Shown here: piece by piece, positions 15,026 to 24,452 of the stretch
How positions within the stretch are numbered: the stretch's first letter is position 1
Layout of the letters: the number at the start of each line of letters is the position of its first letter
Source: a virus
Taxonomy: Duplodnaviria; Caudoviricetes
Direction: 5' to 3' (one strand)
Virus record (IMG/VR): IMGVR_UViG_3300025413_001239
DNA length: 64,000 nt
Translations under genes and position numbers: made by a program
The notes under the pieces: model-generated
The model's database searches: none
What the model was told of the DNA's origin: nothing
The model's input: only the letters and a program-made list of their open reading frames with translations

Positions 15026-15239
15026 TACACAGAGTAGGTTAGAAGTTATTTTAGATAATACCATAGGTATTTTGTTAGTGATATTTGGTTCAGCCCTTAT
15101 ATTAGCATTTTTTGTAATGTGGACATGGAATTATGTTATTCCTAGTGTTTTTAATTTGCCTAAGATAGGTTATTGGCAAGCGTTTACGTTATATGTTTTA
15201 TCTGGGTTATTAATAAAGACAATAACGATTACGAGGTAA
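15018..15239 (+). CDS. Small two-TM membrane protein
   Basis: Two hydrophobic stretches around WNYVIPSVFNLPKIGYWQA. Confidence 0.6.
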   Translation: MSDTQSRLEVILDNTIGILLVIFGSALILAFFVMWTWNYVIPSVFNLPKIGYWQAFTLYVLSGLLIKTITITR

Positions 15240-15779
15240 TTACTTTTTACGTTTTTTTCTTTTCTTTTTAAATTTTGGCTTAACGTATTTTCGTTGAACA
15301 TTTTCTTTTATGGTTAGGCCGTAGGGTGGTTTTTTAAGTATTGATAAATCCAGCGACCATTGATACTTTGAGCGTTCTTTATAGAGTTCAAATGATTCTG
15401 CAACGTGTTGAACGACTTGTTTATGGTCCCAATTATTAACGGTTTCGAGTTGTTTAAAGACTTCTGGTTGTTTACCCATTGCGTTAGCTCTACCTATGTG
15501 TTTAACGAGGTGACAAATCACACAAAGTGAAGTTAATTTAGTTAATTTTTGTGTAAAATTAACTGTATCATATGCCCAAACTTCATGACATTCAACATTA
15601 TGCTTGTAACCTTGTTCCAACCCAGTTTTACCACATATCTCACACTTGTTATTTGCTAAATTATAGGTTAATTTTCTAATCCTATCCCAATCTTTTTTTG
15701 AAACCATTGTCCTAACAGATGAAAACCAACAACTCTTAGGTATTAATTCAACAATTAATTTCGGTATATATTTACACAT
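15240..15779 (-). CDS. HNH-like Zn-binding phage protein (full-length copy)
   Basis: CEICG...ECHEVW.YD...LCVICHLVKH. Confidence 0.7.
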   Translation of the reverse strand: MCKYIPKLIVELIPKSCWFSSVRTMVSKKDWDRIRKLTYNLANNKCEICGKTGLEQGYKHNVECHEVWAYDTVNFTQKLTKLTSLCVICHLVKHIGRANAMGKQPEVFKQLETVNNWDHKQVVQHVAESFELYKERSKYQWSLDLSILKKPPYGLTIKENVQRKYVKPKFKKKRKKRKK

Positions 15780-15889
15780 CTTTTACTATAAATATAAAAT
15801 ATTAAAACAAATAAAAAAATATTTTTTACATTATGCTACAAAAAACTAAACTTTTACATATTTCGAGATATTTATAATAAAGAAATATT

Positions 15890-16489
15890 ATGATTAGAAA
15901 ATGTAGAAATTGTTCAGAAGATAAAAATATTAGTGAATTTCATAAACATAACGGAAACTATAGATTAGACTGTAAAATTTGTTATAGAGAAAAGGAGCGA
16001 GGTAGAAGGGTTAATCGTTTATTAAAAATCGATAAAGACCACGCTACTAGAGTTATAGCACACCAAGAAAATATTAAAAATAGAGGTGAATGCCCAGTGG
16101 ATAGTTCTTGGTGTTATAAATGTAATCAGTATAAACTAAAAAAAGATTTTTCACCACATAATTATAAAAATAATGGTTGTTGTAGAGAATGTTCTACTAA
16201 TAATGACATACAACGGAATCGAATATTAAAAATAAGAGCGATTGATTATTTAGGCGGTAAATGTAAAAGATGCGGATTCACTGGACACTATTCGGCATAC
16301 GACTTTCACCATATAAATTATTTAGAAAAAGAATTTGATTGGGGTGTAGCTAGGAAAAAATCATTTTATAAAATAATATCAGAATTAGATAAATGTAACC
16401 TTTTATGTCGAAATTGTCATCAAATTATACACACTAAATTAAATAATGATGGTTCATTAAACCATGAATATATACCAACAAATATATAG
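15890..16489 (+). CDS. HNH homing endonuclease inserted between gene duplicates
   Basis: CxxC repeats; GGKCKRCG...YDFHH...CNLLCRNCHQIIH. Confidence 0.8.
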   Translation: MIRKCRNCSEDKNISEFHKHNGNYRLDCKICYREKERGRRVNRLLKIDKDHATRVIAHQENIKNRGECPVDSSWCYKCNQYKLKKDFSPHNYKNNGCCRECSTNNDIQRNRILKIRAIDYLGGKCKRCGFTGHYSAYDFHHINYLEKEFDWGVARKKSFYKIISELDKCNLLCRNCHQIIHTKLNNDGSLNHEYIPTNI

Positions 16490-16750
16490 AGGGCAAAGGC
16501 TTATAAGTCCTAGGAGTTTTTGTGTTAGTGTTTTATCGTCATATTTCCAAATTTCGTGACATTCAAGCTTGTGTTTAAAGCCTTTTTCCAACCCAGTTTT
16601 TCCGCATATTTCGCAAACGTTTTTTGCTTTTTCGTAGGATTGGAATCTTAGTTTATCCCATTCTTTTTGTGTTAGTGTTGAGCGAACCGATGACCACCAA
16701 CACGTTTTTGGGACGAGTTCTATTTCTAATTTTGGTTTTTCTTTTGCCAT
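16490..16750 (-). pseudogene. Truncated 5' half of the 15240-15779 gene family
   Basis: 50/88 identical residues to the N-terminus of 15240-15779; homology stops at SLCP, exactly at the stop codon of the HNH gene. Confidence 0.7.
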
Positions 16751-17214
16751 TTATGGATAATTACTTTATGTTTTATTGAGTCTCTAACGATAAAGTCATT
16801 ACGAAACATGTATTTATTTAGTAGGACACCTATTGTATTGCTATTAGCGTCACCACTTTGTTCAGCTATTTTATGTTCACACTTATTTAGTATTTCTTTA
16901 AGTTTATCTGTTTTTATGTACCATATTTCATTCAATTGTTTGAAGTATGTTACGAACCATTTGGCTTTAGTTACTAGTATACCAGATTCTTTACCTCGAC
17001 AATTTGTTTCTATGAACATGTTACCAGTATCATCATATATATCTGTTTTGCATTCATAGCTTATTTTTTCGTTATTGAATATTACGATGATGTCGTGTGT
17101 ATTATCCTTATTATTTGAGTCATAGATAGCACCCATTGAGATTAGGTCTTCGATTACGACATTTTCGCCAGCTTCACCTATTATTAGGTCTTTATTAAAA
17201 TTATAATTTGCCAT
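16726..17214 (-). CDS. PD-(D/E)XK nuclease-like phage protein
   Basis: GEAGE...HDII...YECKTD...GNMFIE. Confidence 0.55.
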   Translation of the reverse strand: MANYNFNKDLIIGEAGENVVIEDLISMGAIYDSNNKDNTHDIIVIFNNEKISYECKTDIYDDTGNMFIETNCRGKESGILVTKAKWFVTYFKQLNEIWYIKTDKLKEILNKCEHKIAEQSGDANSNTIGVLLNKYMFRNDFIVRDSIKHKVIIHKWQKKNQN

Positions 17215-17284
17215 GGTGTAAATATACTAATTAATTTTTAATTTGTCAAATTAATTTAAATTTCGTATATTTGCAAAAAAAGAA

Positions 17285-17452
17285 ATGGAAGAAGCATTTA
17301 AGCATTTTTTTGGTTTATGTGGTGAGGGTCATCCAAGTTTTTTATATGCTTGTGGTCTTACACCATTTTTGATATGGTTTAGGGATACGATTAAGTTGTA
17401 TTATAATTTGATTATTTCAAATTTAGGAAAGTTTTTAAGACGTTTTCTGTGA
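17285..17452 (+). CDS. Small hypothetical protein (55 aa), not in ORF track
   Basis: MEEAFKHFFGLCGEGHPSFLYACGLTP... directly behind a TATATTTG promoter. Confidence 0.5.
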   Translation: MEEAFKHFFGLCGEGHPSFLYACGLTPFLIWFRDTIKLYYNLIISNLGKFLRRFL

Positions 17453-17654
17453 TATTTTTATCTTCATTGAATATTAGTTCAAGGTTATTAAAGAGTTTTG
17501 AGTAAAGGAATTTTATATGTGCCTTATTGCTTAGTTGAAACTTATCGCCGTTTTCGGTTATTATTGTTCTTTTAAAGTGTTTTTTATCCTTAATTCTATG
17601 AACTGGATAGTTCATTTTTAGGTATTTAAGCATTAAATTTTGCATTGTTTGCAT
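17412..17654 (-). CDS. Hypothetical protein
   Basis: ATG 17654 with ATATTTAT just upstream. Confidence 0.5.
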   Translation of the reverse strand: MQTMQNLMLKYLKMNYPVHRIKDKKHFKRTIITENGDKFQLSNKAHIKFLYSKLFNNLELIFNEDKNITENVLKTFLNLK

Positions 17655-17667
17655 CTTATTTATAAAT

Positions 17668-17976
17668 ATGTTAAAGTTTGACAATTACGTTTTTTACGCT
17701 TTATGTGATTATTCTTATATTTTGTATAGGGACACACATTATCGTAGATATCGTTCATTTTGTTGTGGTTTTAGGTCAACAATTCAATTAGATAATTTTA
17801 GTAATGTTGATTGGGAGCGTTTATTTGCGATGTGTGGTTATTTGATGTTATTATTTGGGTTTAACGTAGAGGAAAGCATGGGTTATATTAAAAGATACTT
17901 TTTAGAGGATAAGTTTATTATTTTTGAATTACCGACAAGAAATATTAGAGAATATTTCCCAACTAGTTTTAATTAA
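17668..17976 (+). CDS. Hypothetical protein
   Basis: 102-aa ORF. Confidence 0.45.
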   Translation: MLKFDNYVFYALCDYSYILYRDTHYRRYRSFCCGFRSTIQLDNFSNVDWERLFAMCGYLMLLFGFNVEESMGYIKRYFLEDKFIIFELPTRNIREYFPTSFN

Positions 17977-18020
17977 TATTTATTTTAAATAATTATTTAG
18001 TATATTAAAAAGAAAAAATT

Positions 18021-18335
18021 ATGGCGTTACAAATTACTGATGGAAACCTGAATGAGGTTTTAAGTACAAATGAATTAGTTATGGTAGATTTTTTTGCTGA
18101 TTGGTGTGGTCCTTGTAAGATACTAGGCCCAGTAGTTGACGAATTATCTAATGAGATTACAGATGTTGCGATTGGAAAGTTGAATGTATCTGATAATCCA
18201 GAAAAATCTGCTGAATATGGGGTTACCAGTATTCCATGTTTAATTTTCTTCAAGAATGGCAAAGAAGTTGATAGGGTTAGGGGTGTCTTACCCAAATCAG
18301 CTTTAAGGAGCAAAATTGATGGATTAAAAAATTAA
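18021..18335 (+). CDS. trxA: Thioredoxin
   Basis: DFFADWCGPCK active site; GVTSIP. Confidence 0.95.
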   Translation: MALQITDGNLNEVLSTNELVMVDFFADWCGPCKILGPVVDELSNEITDVAIGKLNVSDNPEKSAEYGVTSIPCLIFFKNGKEVDRVRGVLPKSALRSKIDGLKN

Positions 18336-18338
18336 ATT

Positions 18339-18364
18339 AAGGAGCTGGAAACGGCTCCTTTTTT
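18339..18364 (+). terminator. Intrinsic terminator
   Basis: AAGGAGC-loop-GCTCCTT followed by a T run. Confidence 0.75.
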
Positions 18365-18387
18365 ATTTTTAAGGATATTTATGGTAT

Positions 18388-18729
18388 ATGGGTACTAAAT
18401 TAATAATAACTGAAAGACAGCTTGAAATTTTAAAGAATCATTTAAATGAATATTCTCACCATGAGTCTTTGGTGGAAAAGATTGTAAGCGATTTGAATAC
18501 AAATTATGAACCAATGATTGGCATTATGCGTGAGGATGGTGAGTATCATGAGAATCCGATGATTAAAATCAAGGTTGACGATAGTGAAATTGGGGTTGCT
18601 GATTTATATGAATATATGAAAAAGAAATACAAGCTTGGTGAAGAATTTATTAAGCAAGTAATAAAAGATTGGATGTTTGGTACTGTGAAGGATGGTAACA
18701 AACTATCTAAGAATGTTGCCATAAATTAA
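18388..18729 (+). CDS. Putative virion (head) protein
   Basis: N-terminal LIITERQLE leader; ATATTTAT at 18375. Confidence 0.55.
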   Translation: MGTKLIITERQLEILKNHLNEYSHHESLVEKIVSDLNTNYEPMIGIMREDGEYHENPMIKIKVDDSEIGVADLYEYMKKKYKLGEEFIKQVIKDWMFGTVKDGNKLSKNVAIN

Positions 18730-18735
18730 TTTGAT

Positions 18736-19059
18736 ATGGACATCAAGGTGAAAATTAGGCAAGCGTTACGTGAACAGTACGGTGAGTTTAATACGCATCT
18801 GGAGCATATCTATGAAGAAAAGGTTACTGATATTTTAGCTACTGGTAACAAAAAGAAAAAAGAAGCTTGGAGTACATATAATCAAGTAGTTTTAGAGTTA
18901 AAGCATTCGATTAAAGATACATTAAAGGTCAAAAAGTTACAATATGAATTAACTGATGATTTTAACCCAAATGAGGTTTGTATTGAGATTATAAGGGAGG
19001 TCGATAAGCCATCACCAGAGTTAGAAAGGCTCTATATTAAGATAATGAATTTTATTTAA
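18736..19059 (+). CDS. Hypothetical protein, paralog of 19119-19469
   Basis: W.TYN....E...TD..NPN.V.I.II shared with the next ORF; IRQALREQ leader. Confidence 0.65.
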   Translation: MDIKVKIRQALREQYGEFNTHLEHIYEEKVTDILATGNKKKKEAWSTYNQVVLELKHSIKDTLKVKKLQYELTDDFNPNEVCIEIIREVDKPSPELERLYIKIMNFI

Positions 19060-19118
19060 AATTAATGACCAAAGAGCATTCTCAAGATATTTATGAATAG
19101 ATAACATTTATTAAAATC

Positions 19119-19469
19119 TTGGCTATGCAATTTTCTGATTTTATAGTAAAAAATAGTTATGGTAAAAATACGTTACTTGATAAAGAATACAAAAAATTAA
19201 TCAATAATGTTATTGTTAATAGTTCTGAAGAGGAAGAGATAAGGTGGGAGACTTATAATTTAATCATCAAAGAGATGATAAAAATAAACGATTGTGAGTA
19301 CTTTGAGGAGATAAAATATAGGTTTACGGATGGTGAGAATCCAAATAAAGTTTTAATTGATATTATATCAAGGTACAAGCCAGAAAATCTTAATCACTTA
19401 ATTTTATATTTGATGGGTAGGGTTGAAGAGTATTTGGAAGAGGATTTCTTAAAAAGATTTTATTTATAA
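19119..19469 (+). CDS. Hypothetical protein, paralog of 18736-19059
   Basis: Shared motif as above. Confidence 0.65.
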   Translation: MAMQFSDFIVKNSYGKNTLLDKEYKKLINNVIVNSSEEEEIRWETYNLIIKEMIKINDCEYFEEIKYRFTDGENPNKVLIDIISRYKPENLNHLILYLMGRVEEYLEEDFLKRFYL

Positions 19470-19504
19470 TTGGATTAATTGAAAATATTTAGTATATTTG
19501 CATT

Positions 19505-20908
19505 ATGGTTGAAACTAAGTCAATAGATAGGTTAGAGTTTTTAGCTCAGAAATTTGATGTATTTGAAACTGATAAAGAAAGTTTGGATGCTAAGATATCT
19601 GGGTTAAAGAGTAATGGGTATTTTATAATACCGTTGACACATGATGAAAAAGTGTTAGCTTTGATTTATACTAAGGAGATTAATGATAATATAAAAAAAT
19701 ACGTTAGTGTTTCTTTAGAGGTATTTTCAGAGATTATTTCTGCGGACCCAAGTGTTAATAAATCATTTGTTCAATGGATGTTAAATATCTTTACAAAATT
19801 TTTATTAAATGGTAAGTATGATAATGCTACTAGATTTGTGATTGAGGATTTACCGTTGGCCAATGAATACATTAAGATATTTGAGGGTAACAAGCGTAAG
19901 AATAAATTTAAGGAATTTTGCGCCGCATCTTATTTAAATAAGCATGTTCAAGACCCAACTGATATTAATCAATATAAATCATTATCACAGTTATTTGATG
20001 CTGTTGACCCATTCATTAAAAAGAATCCAAGTGAGATGGAATCTTTATTAATGAGGTTTGTTAATATGAATCAAGCTATAATTGCGACTAAAGATAGAAA
20101 GTTTACGCTTTTTATTCCATTAAGTCTTGAGGCCTGTGTTGCTTTTAATGGTTATGCTAACTGGTGTACTACGAGACCTGGTAACGGTATGTTTAAAAGT
20201 TATACATCAAATAAGCGACCAGATGGTAAAGATTCAAAATTGTATATAATAATTAACAATAAGTTCTTTAATAATGAATCAAATGAATTATATCAGATTC
20301 ACTTTGAAACTAATCAGATAAAAGATAGAACTAACAGTTCAAATGTTGATATTTTTGAATCGGTTATAAGTCAAAGTGAATCATTATCGAATTACTTTTA
20401 TGATGAATTGATGGGGATGGCTAAGTTAGTTAAAAATGGCTTAGAAAATAACAAGTACTTAGATTATTTGATTAAGTTTGGTTTTTGTGAAAGTCTTTTT
20501 GAGTTTATAGATGGTAATTCTCCAGTGATTAAATTCTTGGGCAATAGTGGAAAAATGGAGATACCTAGATTACCAGATATGAGCAAATTTACCTCATTAG
20601 ACCAACTTATGCTTATTGAGGTAAAATTAAGTGAATTACATCCTTCAATTGGCAAATTAGAGTCATTAGAGATGTTGATATTGACTAATAATAGATTAAA
20701 GTCGTTACCAAGTGAGATTGGTAATTTAAAGAATTTAACATTTTTAAATATTACTGGTAATAAAATTGAATACATACCAGAGGAGATAAAGTATCTTGAT
20801 AAAAGCAACGGTGGCCAATTACTACGTATTGCGATGAAAAAAGATGAAATAGGTGAAGAGAATTATAAGAAGTTAAAAAGGTTGTTACCAACAACTTTAT
20901 TATCATAA
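19505..20908 (+). CDS. Leucine-rich-repeat protein with a phage NWCT-type N-terminal domain
   Basis: LESLEMLILTNNRLKSLPSEIGNLKNLTFLNITGNKIEYIPEEI = LxxLxxLxLxxNxLxxLPxEI repeats. Confidence 0.8.
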   Translation: MVETKSIDRLEFLAQKFDVFETDKESLDAKISGLKSNGYFIIPLTHDEKVLALIYTKEINDNIKKYVSVSLEVFSEIISADPSVNKSFVQWMLNIFTKFLLNGKYDNATRFVIEDLPLANEYIKIFEGNKRKNKFKEFCAASYLNKHVQDPTDINQYKSLSQLFDAVDPFIKKNPSEMESLLMRFVNMNQAIIATKDRKFTLFIPLSLEACVAFNGYANWCTTRPGNGMFKSYTSNKRPDGKDSKLYIIINNKFFNNESNELYQIHFETNQIKDRTNSSNVDIFESVISQSESLSNYFYDELMGMAKLVKNGLENNKYLDYLIKFGFCESLFEFIDGNSPVIKFLGNSGKMEIPRLPDMSKFTSLDQLMLIEVKLSELHPSIGKLESLEMLILTNNRLKSLPSEIGNLKNLTFLNITGNKIEYIPEEIKYLDKSNGGQLLRIAMKKDEIGEENYKKLKRLLPTTLLS

Positions 20909-20914
20909 CATAAT

Positions 20915-20942
20915 GGGTCTTCAGAAATGAGGACCCTTTTTT
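20915..20942 (+). terminator. Intrinsic terminator
   Basis: GGGTCTTCA-GAAA-TGAGGACCC followed by a T run. Confidence 0.75.
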
Positions 20943-20958
20943 ATTTAAAACAAAATTT

Positions 20959-21468
20959 ATGAAATGGAAAAGAGCAGGTAAAGAAATTACCGTACCGTTA
21001 GCCGACTATTTAGAAAATTTAATAAAAGAAGAAAAAGCATTAAATCATGATTTAATGGTTTCTGTTGGTACGGATTCACAAAGAGATGGTAAATCATACA
21101 AATTTGCAACTGTTATTCTTATAACTGTTAAAGAAGATTTGGGTGGTGGGGTTATTGTTGGTAGAGGTGGTAAAATAATTGCTTCAACATATAATATAAA
21201 AACACATCAAAAGAGTAAAGAAGGTGTTAATGAAAGAATGCTTACTGAAGTTGGTAAATCAATTGAGATAGCTTACGAAATAAACCCACTTTTAGAAAAA
21301 TATGGTATAAAAATGGAAATTCACGCAGATATTAATCCAGACCCAAAATGGGAATCCAATAAGGCGTTAAGCAATGCTATTGGTTGGATTTTAGGTATGG
21401 GTTATGATTTTAAGGTAAAGCCAAATGCATTCGCCGCATCATACGTGGGGGACCGTTACGCTCATTAA
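20959..21468 (+). CDS. Ribonuclease H-like YkuK (DUF458) family protein
   Basis: VSVGTDSQ, EIHADIN and KPNAFAAS motifs. Confidence 0.75.
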   Translation: MKWKRAGKEITVPLADYLENLIKEEKALNHDLMVSVGTDSQRDGKSYKFATVILITVKEDLGGGVIVGRGGKIIASTYNIKTHQKSKEGVNERMLTEVGKSIEIAYEINPLLEKYGIKMEIHADINPDPKWESNKALSNAIGWILGMGYDFKVKPNAFAASYVGDRYAH

Positions 21469-21552
21469 TTTTTTTTTATTATTTTTATAACTTTTATGAA
21501 ATTATACATATTTATATAGTAAGATAAAAGTATTTTTAAAAATATAAAAAAC

Positions 21553-21753
21553 ATGTCAAACACAAAAAAAACAGTTAGAATCTCAGAAAACGATTTGGTT
21601 AATTTAATCGATAACATTGTTGCAGAAGCGGTTAATGTTAAAAAGAAAGAATGGATTGCAGAACAAACTAAAAAGGGTGATAAAACAGCTATCTTAGAAT
21701 CTAAATTAGCAGCGTTAGAAGCCAAAATTAACGGTTTGACAAAAAGAAAGTAA
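21553..21753 (+). CDS. Small putative head protein
   Basis: VRISENDLVNLIDNIVAE leader; ATATTTAT at 21508. Confidence 0.6.
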   Translation: MSNTKKTVRISENDLVNLIDNIVAEAVNVKKKEWIAEQTKKGDKTAILESKLAALEAKINGLTKRK

Positions 21754-21774
21754 TCTAATTTAATTTAAAAATAT

Positions 21775-21811
21775 AAGCTAGGAGGTGTAATAATATGCCT
21801 CCTAGCTTTTT
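21775..21811. terminator. Terminator between convergent genes
   Basis: AAGCTAGGAGG-loop-CCTCCTAGCTT followed by a T run. Confidence 0.8.
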
Positions 21812-21880
21812 ATTTCTATACTTTACCTTTTTCCATGTGTATTTAATTATAAATATCTATATAAAAATGAAAAGTCGTTT

Positions 21881-22612
21881 TTATCGGTATATTTCAGGAT
21901 ATTTTTCTCCAAACTTACGAATTATTTCACCAGCCTTATAGTTTGCTTCATTTTCAATTGGTGAACCAGCTTTATTGTTAGCATCATGGTGTGATTGGTC
22001 AAGTCTACCTTCTATGTCTTGTTTCATGTGAGTTAATTCATGTGCTATGGACCTCATAATATCAACAACCGCTCTTTCTTTTGCGTAAACATGAACTTTC
22101 TTTTCACCGTAAGCGGCAGTTGTAACAAGTCCTTCACGACCATATTGCAACGTAACTTTTGTATGTGGAATTTCTAGGAAGTCACAAGCAAAATCAATAA
22201 ACTCATTCATCATAGCAACTTGGTCTTTTGAATGTCTATTGAAAAGGCCTTCTCTTAATAATTGTTTTATTTCTGGTTTCATATTTTCATTTAATTTTGG
22301 ATACCTAATCATTGATTGTGTGAATTGATAGCTCTTATGGTGTCCTTTGTTATGCTTAAATCCGAATCGTTTATAGAATTGGATAAGTCGATTTTTGGAA
22401 CCACCAAAATCGCTGGCTGGTGTTAAAGCGATTATTTGCTTGTTAGCATCAGCGTATTTAACAAGGTCTTCGAGTATTTTAGTACCAATTCCAGAATTTC
22501 TGGAGTCTTTTTTTATCACAATTCTGGTTAGAATTAGACTGCTAGTATTTTCATAAATGTCCAGACCGTCTAAGTATTCACCGTACTTGTTTATTAAAAT
22601 ATCCTCAATCAT
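21881..22612 (-). CDS. GNAT acetyltransferase fused to an HExxH zincin-like domain
   Basis: RNSGIGTKIL...LIQFYKRFGF (GNAT); RSIAHELTHMKQ (zincin). Confidence 0.75.
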   Translation of the reverse strand: MIEDILINKYGEYLDGLDIYENTSSLILTRIVIKKDSRNSGIGTKILEDLVKYADANKQIIALTPASDFGGSKNRLIQFYKRFGFKHNKGHHKSYQFTQSMIRYPKLNENMKPEIKQLLREGLFNRHSKDQVAMMNEFIDFACDFLEIPHTKVTLQYGREGLVTTAAYGEKKVHVYAKERAVVDIMRSIAHELTHMKQDIEGRLDQSHHDANNKAGSPIENEANYKAGEIIRKFGEKYPEIYR

Positions 22613-22665
22613 TATAATAAATATTTAATAGAAATAAAAAACCCCACATTTAGTGGGGTTCTTTA

Positions 22666-23937
22666 TTATTTTTTTGATTTTGTTTTATCAGATTTGATAG
22701 CGATTTCATTCTTATCACTATCAAAGGATATTTTAATTATTTCACCTTCCTTAACGTTACCGCTTAGTATTTCATCGGCAACTTGGTCTTCAACATAGCG
22801 TTGAATAGTTCTTGCTAGTGGTCTAGCACCGTAGTTTTCATCGTAGCCTTCTTTAGCTAAGAACTCAACAGCTTCTTTTTCAATCTCAAGTTTATAACCA
22901 ACTTCTTCAAGTCTTTTTTGAACTTCAGCAACTTCATTATAAATGATTTTGTTGATATCCTCTGGCTTAAGACTATTAAACACGATTGATTCGTCAATAC
23001 GGTTTAAGAATTCTGGTTTAAATTTCTTCTTTAGAGCTTTTTCAATGATGCTACGATTTCTAGCATCTTCACCAGCGATGGTTGTTGCGGTTTCGAATCC
23101 GATTGTTTTTCCAAAGGTATTTAATTCCTTAACACCAACATTAGATGTTAATATAATTAAAGCGTTTTTGAAATTAACTTTACGGCCAAGACCATCTGTT
23201 AATTGTCCTTCATCAAATAGTTGAAGCATAATGTTAAATACGTCATCATGCGCTTTTTCGATTTCATCGAATAGAATTACACAGTGTGGTTTACGTCTAA
23301 CTTTTTCAGTTAGTTGACCACCTTGGTCGTAACCAACATAACCTGGTGGTGGACCAATTAATCGTGATACTGAGTGTTTCTCCATGTATTCACTCATATC
23401 AACCTTTATAAGTGCTTCAACGTCACCATAAACGTGCTCAGCGAGTAGTTTAGCTAAATACGTGTTATGGCTTAAGATACCATTAGTGTAATATCTTCGA
23501 TTAGAACCTTCTTTTAATTCAAGGTCATACATAACCTCCTCATAACCTAAATTAATAACCTCAATAACTTTCGATTCAATTAATTTACCATCATTATCTG
23601 ATACCATTACAAATGACCCAATTTTTAAGTCTTTAACAAATACTTCAGTTAACCCAATTGGTTCAAATGTGGTTTCATTATATTCAGTAACAAATATAAT
23701 ATGATTATCAGCACATTTTAGTTCTTTACCATCAGATAATTTAAGTTGATATACTTCGTAAGGTATTGTTTCATGTAATGCTTCTATATCAACAAATCCA
23801 TCGTCAGTTAAGACTTCGTACTCGCTAATTTTGGTTGTTTTGGTAATCTTTTTTAAAGATTCTAATTCATGTTTATCAAATAATAAAATATTATCTGACC
23901 CATCAACTCTTTTTTTAATTTCTTCTATTCTACCCAT
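22666..23937 (-). CDS. clpC: ClpC C-terminal part: 158-aa C-intein plus the second AAA module and C-terminus
   Basis: Intein blocks CADNH, MYDLEL and GILSHN|T, then IKVDMSEYMEKHSVSRLIGPPPGYVGY, ILFDEIEKAH, IILTSNVG, PEFLNRID and YGARPL. Confidence 0.9.
   Translation of the reverse strand: MGRIEEIKKRVDGSDNILLFDKHELESLKKITKTTKISEYEVLTDDGFVDIEALHETIPYEVYQLKLSDGKELKCADNHIIFVTEYNETTFEPIGLTEVFVKDLKIGSFVMVSDNDGKLIESKVIEVINLGYEEVMYDLELKEGSNRRYYTNGILSHNTYLAKLLAEHVYGDVEALIKVDMSEYMEKHSVSRLIGPPPGYVGYDQGGQLTEKVRRKPHCVILFDEIEKAHDDVFNIMLQLFDEGQLTDGLGRKVNFKNALIILTSNVGVKELNTFGKTIGFETATTIAGEDARNRSIIEKALKKKFKPEFLNRIDESIVFNSLKPEDINKIIYNEVAEVQKRLEEVGYKLEIEKEAVEFLAKEGYDENYGARPLARTIQRYVEDQVADEILSGNVKEGEIIKISFDSDKNEIAIKSDKTKSKK
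23464..23937 (-). mobile_element. Split intein, C-fragment (158 aa)
   Basis: Ends His-Asn at 23464; Thr+1 at 23463-23461. Confidence 0.85.
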
Positions 23938-24069
23938 TTTATTTTATTTTTAAATTAAGATTCGTAAATTGGCATATATCTTTTCTAAAAGTCGTTTTAT
24001 GTAATGCTAAAGAATAACTTTTAATTACATAAATTAAATCATTTATATTATATATACTTTTTCCATTTT

Positions 24070-24282
24070 TTATAAATTTATTCTATTGATTAATTGAATA
24101 TATGAGTTAATACTTAATTTTTTAGATAGATATTTTTTTATTATTTCTGGATTATTGTATTTTTTTGGATTATCCAAAAACTCAAAAAGAATTTCTAGAA
24201 ATAAATCTTTTTCAATATCACTTTCACTACAACAACTCATAAAATCACCAAATGATGGGATAAAAGTATTAATATCAGTCAT
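24070..24282 (-). CDS. Hypothetical protein between the clpC halves
   Basis: 70-aa ORF overlapping the upstream small ORF. Confidence 0.45.
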   Translation of the reverse strand: MTDINTFIPSFGDFMSCCSESDIEKDLFLEILFEFLDNPKKYNNPEIIKKYLSKKLSINSYIQLINRINL

Positions 24283-24430
24283 TATTATTATTTATATGTT
24301 TTAGTATTTCTTTAATAACATCTACCCATTGATTGGTTTGAGTTATATGTTTAATTTTGTTTTCTGAAAAAGAAGATACTTGTCTAAGACCTTCTTTATC
24401 TGTAATAATAATCTCCATTTTATTTTCCAT
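24275..24430 (-). CDS. Hypothetical protein between the clpC halves
   Basis: MENKMEIIITDKEG..., start follows the endonuclease stop. Confidence 0.4.
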   Translation of the reverse strand: MENKMEIIITDKEGLRQVSSFSENKIKHITQTNQWVDVIKEILKHINNNND

Positions 24431-24452
24431 ATTATTTTTTTTTACAAATATA

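Noticed and set aside
21775-21811. GGAGGTGTA match to the small-RNA core
   Set aside because: Only 9 nt match, and it forms the stem of an ordinary terminator with no promoter or other conserved block
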